NCBI GenBank assembly: GCA_046293175.1
Contig: JBKBPM010000002.1
Span: 19,176-83,175 of the forward strand
Source of the DNA: Minisyncoccia bacterium
Lineage (GTDB): Bacteria > Patescibacteriota > Minisyncoccia > Phycocordibacterales > UBA918
Length of the DNA: 64,000 nucleotides
Reading direction: 5' to 3'
Shown piece by piece: positions 58,569-64,000 of the stretch. The first letter of the stretch is position 1. The number at the start of each line of letters is the position of its first letter. The position numbers and the translations under genes are program-made. Under the pieces are notes generated by a model. It had not been told where the DNA came from and did no database searches. It saw only the letters and a list, made by a program, of their open reading frames with translations.

Positions 58569-59447
58569 TTATTGCTTCTGCCAAATCCGAGTACCGTCAC
58601 TCAAAAAATGTATTGCACCCTCGGTGGCCGTATTACTAATCGGAATATTTCGGGCGGTTACCCTATCCACCACCTCACCGCTTGGGTGGCCGTAGCGATT
58701 GTCCTTCCCTGCGGACACCACCGCGTATTGCGGCTTCACCGCTTCGAGGAATAATTCGCCCGTTGAAGTTTTTGAACCATGGTGTCCGAGCTTGAGCACT
58801 TCACTTTGTAATTGTTCGCCGTAGGTGACACTGAGATAATCTTCGATCCCTTCGGGCGCATCGCCAGTAAACATAAAATCGCTTTCGCCATAGCTTACCT
58901 TAACGACAATTGACGACGTATTACTCTCGAGCAACGATGGATCCCGGGCTGGAGAGAATACGGTGATTGTGGTAGAGGCGCCAAGGGTGTACACCTGCCC
59001 GGCCCGAACAAAGTGGACAATATCGGTTTCGGCGGTGAGAGCTTTTTGGTACGCGCTCGCGGCTGTCGTCTCGCCGGTGTTTTCGGTAGTGAGAATACTC
59101 GCCACTTTGTACCGAGCAAGAACATCAATCAGTCCACCTATATGATCTTTGTCTGGATGGGTACCAATTACCAAATCAAGCGTACGATCGCCCCATGGGA
59201 GTTCACGTGCGAGTTCTCGCAAGACTGTACCATCCGGTCCGCCATCAATTAGTGCCTGTGCTCCATCGGGTGTCTCAATCAAAATAGCGTCCCCTTGTCC
59301 CACATCAAGAAAGGTAACCTCTAGGTACGGCGAACGGGTCGCAAATAATCCAGCAGATTGCCCACCGAGGTCATCAATAACTAAGGCAGCAAGGAGCAGT
59401 AAGAGCGCCCCGACACTTCCCCAGCGCGCTATAATGCGACGTTCCAT
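58569..59447 (-). CDS. ComEC-associated MBL-fold nuclease (stand-alone)
   Basis: FLDVGQGD, THPDKDHIGG, LKLGHHGS, N.YGHP. Confidence 0.92.
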   Translation of the reverse strand: MERRIIARWGSVGALLLLLAALVIDDLGGQSAGLFATRSPYLEVTFLDVGQGDAILIETPDGAQALIDGGPDGTVLRELARELPWGDRTLDLVIGTHPDKDHIGGLIDVLARYKVASILTTENTGETTAASAYQKALTAETDIVHFVRAGQVYTLGASTTITVFSPARDPSLLESNTSSIVVKVSYGESDFMFTGDAPEGIEDYLSVTYGEQLQSEVLKLGHHGSKTSTGELFLEAVKPQYAVVSAGKDNRYGHPSGEVVDRVTARNIPISNTATEGAIHFLSDGTRIWQKQ

Positions 59448-59464
59448 AGTAGGTTTTCTAAAAA

Positions 59465-59583
59465 AGTATGATCAAAAGACCCAGAGACGGGGCGCGCGAA
59501 TGAGAAAATGAGAGACGTATTAAACATACGATGAACGTTTTCGAATGAAGCGCAACTAAGTATATGGGTTTTTTGGACATACT
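59465..59583 (+). repeat. ERIC-like palindromic element
   Basis: CGGGGCG...GACGTAT/ATACG...CAACTAAG with paired arms. Confidence 0.7.
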
Positions 59584-59626
59584 CTAATTATACCTTGTGG
59601 TACAATGTCATTCTAATCAACGCCAT

Positions 59627-60205
59627 ATGCATTACACCCCCCTTTCATTTGAAATCAGAGCACTTGATGGAATCAGTTCAGAGACTATTGAAGAACATAT
59701 TAATCTCTACAACGGCTACGTCAAACATGTAAACCTCATTGCCGAAAAAATTGAGGCGTTCAATCACGACCCCGAGAATAACAACTATGCCATCAGTGAA
59801 ATGCAGCGACGTCTTGGTTTTGAGTTTGGTGGTATGCGCAATCACGAATACTACTTCACCCAGCTTGAAGGTGGATCGAAGGCGCTCCCTGAAGGTAAGC
59901 TTAAAGAACTCATCGAGCGGCAGTGGGGTAGTGTCGAAGCGTGGCAGGCGCGGTTTGAAAAAATCGCCATGACCCGTGGCGTCGGTTGGGCAATGTTGTA
60001 CCATGATCCGCACACCGACCAGCTCGTTGTGACATGGGTCGACGAACAGCACATCGGGCAACTCGCTGACCTCGATATTATTCTCGCACTAGATATGTGG
60101 GAACATTCATACATGCGTGACTACGTCCCGAGTAAGAAGAAGGAATACATCGACGCCTTCTTCCGAAATCTCAACTGGGAAGTGGTTGCCGGTCGAGTGA
60201 TTTAG
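59627..60205 (+). CDS. Fe/Mn superoxide dismutase
   Basis: H...Y.GYV, NHEYY, LDMWEHSY. Confidence 0.92.
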   Translation: MHYTPLSFEIRALDGISSETIEEHINLYNGYVKHVNLIAEKIEAFNHDPENNNYAISEMQRRLGFEFGGMRNHEYYFTQLEGGSKALPEGKLKELIERQWGSVEAWQARFEKIAMTRGVGWAMLYHDPHTDQLVVTWVDEQHIGQLADLDIILALDMWEHSYMRDYVPSKKKEYIDAFFRNLNWEVVAGRVI

Positions 60206-60209
60206 AGTA

Positions 60210-61856
60210 CTACCGAAAAAATATTGGTACGTCAGGATGGGCAGCCGGCATATCGACTGCCCGTTTTAGTTTATCTGCTGTCATTAGCGTCTCTAAATAG
60301 ACACCCTCTTCCACTATTTCCCAATGTGCTAGTTCTTCCTGTTCCGCTTTAGTTAAAGTAGCGCCTCTTCCCTGCTTCATTTGGGGTTTGTGCCACCAGT
60401 ACCAACCCAGAGCCATGAGAAGATATAACACTAGTAGCAAGTACCCACTAAAAGCCGGTATCGTCACGGTGGCGATTGGCAGTTTCGCCGCAAAAGTGGC
60501 TACCCCAATGATGTACATGAGTGATACTTGGGCTATAAGTGCCAGCGGCATAGCAAGCATTGTCGAGCCAAGAGCTACGAGACCCGCGAGGAAGGTCGTG
60601 AGCATCGCCACGGGCACCATCGGCAGCGCGAGTAGATTGACCGGTATGGCCACCAGTGACCACTCGCCAATGTGGTAGAGAATGAGAGGGAGAACCGCAA
60701 TCTGGGTAGCGATGGTAGCGATGAGAAATGTCTTTATACCAAACCAGGTGGTGACTTTGGTGAAGAGCTGTTCAAACTGCGATGCAATAAGTACTAATCC
60801 CAAGGTCGCCATATAGGAGAGCTGAAAACCAATATCAAAAAGAAGTATATACGGTTGACTGGCAATCATGAACGTGCCGGCGAGTATAAGGGCACGTAAT
60901 ATATCGTAAGGACGGGCCAGCAGTGTCATAAGGAGAAACAAAAGGGCCATCGTTGTCGCTCGCATTACACTTGGTGAGTATCCAACCAAAAGTGCAAAAA
61001 CTATAATTGCTCCACCAGCGACTATCAGTCGTAAACGAAACGGCAAAAAGAAAGATGTGACTGCTAGTACAAATGTCACCACCAGCATGATGTTGTAGCC
61101 CGAGAGCACAACGATGTGCACAATACCCGCTGCCCGAAAATCATCAGCCAATTCTTCACCGAGGGCCGCCTGCACCCCAAGTAAGAGCCCAGCCCCCAGT
61201 CCATACGCCGGGTCAGGCAACACCTCTGAGAGACGGTCAAGAAAATATTGCTTCACCTGGTAGACTCGGGAGAGGAACGATGATTCGTCTCGCTTCAAAA
61301 TGGTTGGTGTCACAAAAGACATCGTATGGGTAATACCACGCGCCTCGAGGTATCCCGGATAATCAAATTCACGACCGAAGTCTGTCACAAAAGTTTCCGG
61401 TCGCTCAAGTTTGCCCGACACCTCAATTATATCGCCATACTTAATGTCGCTATAGCGATCAACACGAATAAGCACTCGTGTCTCTGCAGTTGCGACGGTG
61501 AGCATCGTCATACCTTCACGGACGTCCGGTTCACGAATCACACGACCTGTGATAGTCGTCTCCCCGACCGGCACCGCAGCAATTCGCGCGATCATCAAAT
61601 CCTTGGCACTATCCATCCGCACTATCCCTAAGCAAATAGCAGCCAAACCAACACTCATAGTAAGTAGTAATGCCAGGGACCAAAAAGCAGGTGGTGTTGT
61701 CGACTGGCGGGTCTTTGTCCGCCACCACAATACAAAAAGTCCTCCCGCCATGAGGAGAAGCAGAAGAACAGCAGAGATATATACATCGACCAACGAGCGG
61801 ACAAGTACCCCAAGAACAAACCCGAGCGTTACGGTATAAAACAGCACCGTCTTCAT
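60210..61856 (-). CDS. comEC: ComEC competence channel (OB + Competence domain)
   Basis: FDY.GYL, HIVVLSGYN, PSVMRA, GFQLS. Confidence 0.92.
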   Translation of the reverse strand: MKTVLFYTVTLGFVLGVLVRSLVDVYISAVLLLLLMAGGLFVLWWRTKTRQSTTPPAFWSLALLLTMSVGLAAICLGIVRMDSAKDLMIARIAAVPVGETTITGRVIREPDVREGMTMLTVATAETRVLIRVDRYSDIKYGDIIEVSGKLERPETFVTDFGREFDYPGYLEARGITHTMSFVTPTILKRDESSFLSRVYQVKQYFLDRLSEVLPDPAYGLGAGLLLGVQAALGEELADDFRAAGIVHIVVLSGYNIMLVVTFVLAVTSFFLPFRLRLIVAGGAIIVFALLVGYSPSVMRATTMALLFLLMTLLARPYDILRALILAGTFMIASQPYILLFDIGFQLSYMATLGLVLIASQFEQLFTKVTTWFGIKTFLIATIATQIAVLPLILYHIGEWSLVAIPVNLLALPMVPVAMLTTFLAGLVALGSTMLAMPLALIAQVSLMYIIGVATFAAKLPIATVTIPAFSGYLLLVLYLLMALGWYWWHKPQMKQGRGATLTKAEQEELAHWEIVEEGVYLETLMTADKLKRAVDMPAAHPDVPIFFR

Positions 61857-62359
61857 AACTATAAGTGTAGCAGAGGTAAGAACGCCCCGACATGGTTAGT
61901 CGAGGCGAACGGCAACAAGTGCCAAAAAATTTGTGGTGCGAGACCACGGACGGTGTGTTCAGCCCGAGATGGGTAAAACTAGGATTTGTACCTCTCAATA
62001 ACCACGATAGGTCTCAAGGCTACCTAGCCATTCCTGACGGTGAGGTCAAGAATACCCCCTCGGGCATCATCTCCACCGGATCCAAAACGTCTTCTTGCGG
62101 AGGAGCTCATCACCGCCGTCACCGAAGGACGACAGATCGACGGTGGGTTTATGGGAAGGAACAGACTGGGGCATCACAGCCTCATAGCTAAGATTTCACT
62201 TCAGGGTGACGGCATGTCGAGCTCCCCTTGAGCGCATGCCTGCTTTTAGAATACGCCTCATCTACATATATTGCAAGCCAGTTACTGGACAAACGAAAAG
62301 ACTGGCAGGAGGCCAGTCAGCTTCGGGACGCGACACTATCGCGCCCCGAAGGAAATCTT

Positions 62360-62611
62360 CTACAGAAAAGAGCGGGCTTTGTGCCAAGGCACAAACAGCG
62401 AAGGAGTGAAAAAGCGTTTCGATTTGCCTTTGCCCTTCTGCACCATACCTCCAGAAGTAACTTTGAGATTGGTCCACCAGACACCACTGTGGTGGTAAGC
62501 ACGGTGATCAGGACCGACCACTGCTTTAGCAAACAAACGCTGCTTTCGAGTCATCCTCGGTTGAGTTGAGTTGCGATGCCGAGGCATATCAGGTCTGCTC
62601 GCTGCCGCCAT
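62360..62611 (-). CDS. Small basic orphan protein (start 62611 or 62554)
   Basis: SD-like motifs before both ATGs; followed by two hairpins and a T tract. Confidence 0.45.
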   Translation of the reverse strand: MAAASRPDMPRHRNSTQPRMTRKQRLFAKAVVGPDHRAYHHSGVWWTNLKVTSGGMVQKGKGKSKRFFTPSLFVPWHKARSFL

Positions 62612-62717
62612 CTCCCTTCTTGTGGTTTTCTTTCAGCCTTTTATACCAAGAAATCATCTCAATCTCCCTGTTCCTTGTGCCACCGAATGTAGCACAATGC
62701 CAGTACCCTACCGCAAA

Positions 62718-63140
62718 TTACCGCTTACCGTCAAGCGCTTCATTCACCAGACGATCCACTTCTTTTTTCTGTTCACTCGAGATCTGCGTGAAGACAATGT
62801 TTGGAAAACTCGCTACCCGCAAATTGTGAATCATAATAAAAAGCGGCACAAGACCAGGCTCGTTGATTTGATATTCATTATTAAGCTGCTTTTTTACAAG
62901 CTCACTGTCAAGGCGAATCTCAACGTTCGCTGCTTTGGTGTCTTCACCAAGCACTTGCTTGAGGGTCTCGAGTCCTACCATTACCGCATGATACTCGGCG
63001 TAGTTATTGGTACTATTCCCGATAGTCTTCCCTACTTCTTTGAGTACCGTACCAGCCGCATCAGTGATATAGACACCGATTGCAGCAGGGCCTGGATTCC
63101 CCCGTGCACTACCATCGGTGTAACAGATGACTTTATTCAT
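62718..63140 (-). CDS. rnhA: Ribonuclease HI family
   Basis: TDGSARGNPG, TNNYAEY, LDSEL, D.L.N. Confidence 0.9.
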   Translation of the reverse strand: MNKVICYTDGSARGNPGPAAIGVYITDAAGTVLKEVGKTIGNSTNNYAEYHAVMVGLETLKQVLGEDTKAANVEIRLDSELVKKQLNNEYQINEPGLVPLFIMIHNLRVASFPNIVFTQISSEQKKEVDRLVNEALDGKR

Positions 63141-63192
63141 ATACGTACTGTAGCATATATAACAAAAGGGCGCCTATTGTGGCAGGCGCCCC

Positions 63193-63411
63193 TCATTCGC
63201 TCGTATCAAAACTGAGCATTCCAGTGAACGTTTCTTTACTTCGTAATTCTGCACGGTACTCACCGGTAGATAACTTTTCAAGTTTCGTCCACCACTCTTC
63301 TTTTGCTGACCCTTTCAAGAAGCCTCTACCAAAAAGGTGTGCGCCGCCGATGTACACCTCTATGGTTAAGGAACCAAAACGGGCCTTTTTAATATTTGGC
63401 GATGCTGACAT
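63193..63411 (-). CDS. Hypothetical small protein
   Basis: GAGG SD; followed by a hairpin; no recognisable motif. Confidence 0.35.
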   Translation of the reverse strand: MSASPNIKKARFGSLTIEVYIGGAHLFGRGFLKGSAKEEWWTKLEKLSTGEYRAELRSKETFTGMLSFDTSE

Positions 63412-63451
63412 CAAAGACCTCTTTCCACTTAAAAAACATCATACGGATAAT

Positions 63452-64000
63452 TTATAAAATATCAATAATACGCAAACGAGTAGACCGTCGCCCCATAAAA
63501 AATGATTCTTCAATATGTGCAACAAGTGTACAAGCCTGGCCATCTTTTGGGATCAGTTTAAAATCTTCTAGAGTAGCAAAAAAGGCAATCGCTTCAAGTG
63601 ATCCTCGTTTGGTCGAAAAAGTGAGTTTGAGATGCTCTTTAGCTTTGCCAAAGAGCGCAACCGAATCTGGTATCACCCCGATAAACGCAAAAACTGGCTT
63701 CGGGTTCCCCACCCCAAAAGGAGCAAGCTCTTTGAGTAACTGCTGCACAGGCCCCATGACTTCATCTAGAGTCAAAACCGCATCGACCTGGAGTGGTGTT
63801 TCGACTACCGCTTCACTCCCGAGACGGACAAACGCCTCATTAAGTACGTCGCCGAAAGTATGGATATGTGCATCCTGCACCGCAAATCCCCCCGACGCGT
63901 GGTGTCCCCCATACTCATGAAAAATATCAGGCACCGCTTCCATGAGACGAACAACACTCACACCACCGCCTGAGCGACACGAACCCTTAATCACATCATT
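63452..64000 (-). CDS. recJ: RecJ ssDNA exonuclease, 3' part
   Basis: GSCRS, GGH.ASG, LAPFGVGNPKP. Confidence 0.93.
   Translation of the reverse strand, partial: NDVIKGSCRSGGGVSVVRLMEAVPDIFHEYGGHHASGGFAVQDAHIHTFGDVLNEAFVRLGSEAVVETPLQVDAVLTLDEVMGPVQQLLKELAPFGVGNPKPVFAFIGVIPDSVALFGKAKEHLKLTFSTKRGSLEAIAFFATLEDFKLIPKDGQACTLVAHIEESFFMGRRSTRLRIIDIL

Noticed and set aside
61899-61920. CGAGGCG...CAACAAG mini ERIC-like motif
   Set aside because: No central hairpin or arms; overlaps an ordinary terminal hairpin.
61896-62174. Selenoprotein or host TGA recoding
   Set aside because: TGA terminates normal genes here (e.g. 20413, 29784); four stops in 93 codons is about the chance expectation; no SECIS recognised.
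62400-62520. tmRNA or tRNA suggested by TCCACCA
   Set aside because: No T-arm or acceptor stem; no tRNA-like fold found.

Overview
64-kb window from a Patescibacteria (CPR, Parcubacteria-like) genome using genetic code 11. The assignment is inferred from the str/S10/spc ribosomal supercluster lacking rpmD (L30), a split ComEC, cohesin-dockerin and 'AWSSNIGWI' surface proteins, and xfp-ackA fermentation genes. The minus strand carries rpsL-rpsG-fusA-tuf-rpsJ...secY-adk-map. This cluster is interrupted at five junctions by accessory genes and has internal promoters with long structured leaders. The most unusual signals are non-coding. (1) A dispersed two-hairpin element (CTTACAG...TACA-[stem with bulge]-TCTTGCG-[stem]-CTCAC) with covarying stems, present in 6 copies, one nested inside another. 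(2) Two orphan, recoded direct copies of the last 8 codons of fusA interleaved with those elements, and a similar relic for rplE, suggesting serial 3'-end-replacing integration. (3) An ERIC-like palindrome family with copy-specific arms; several long hairpins include the last codons of the adjacent gene. (4) Candidate small RNAs. (5) A three-gene array with near-identical 5' DNA and unrelated C-terminal adhesin-like modules. Several small ORFs missing from the ORF track were found (DUF2256-like, a Lys-rich 26-aa peptide, a 59-aa orphan). No tRNA, rRNA, CRISPR array, transposase or integrase was recognised. All family assignments come from motif recognition by eye, not database searches.
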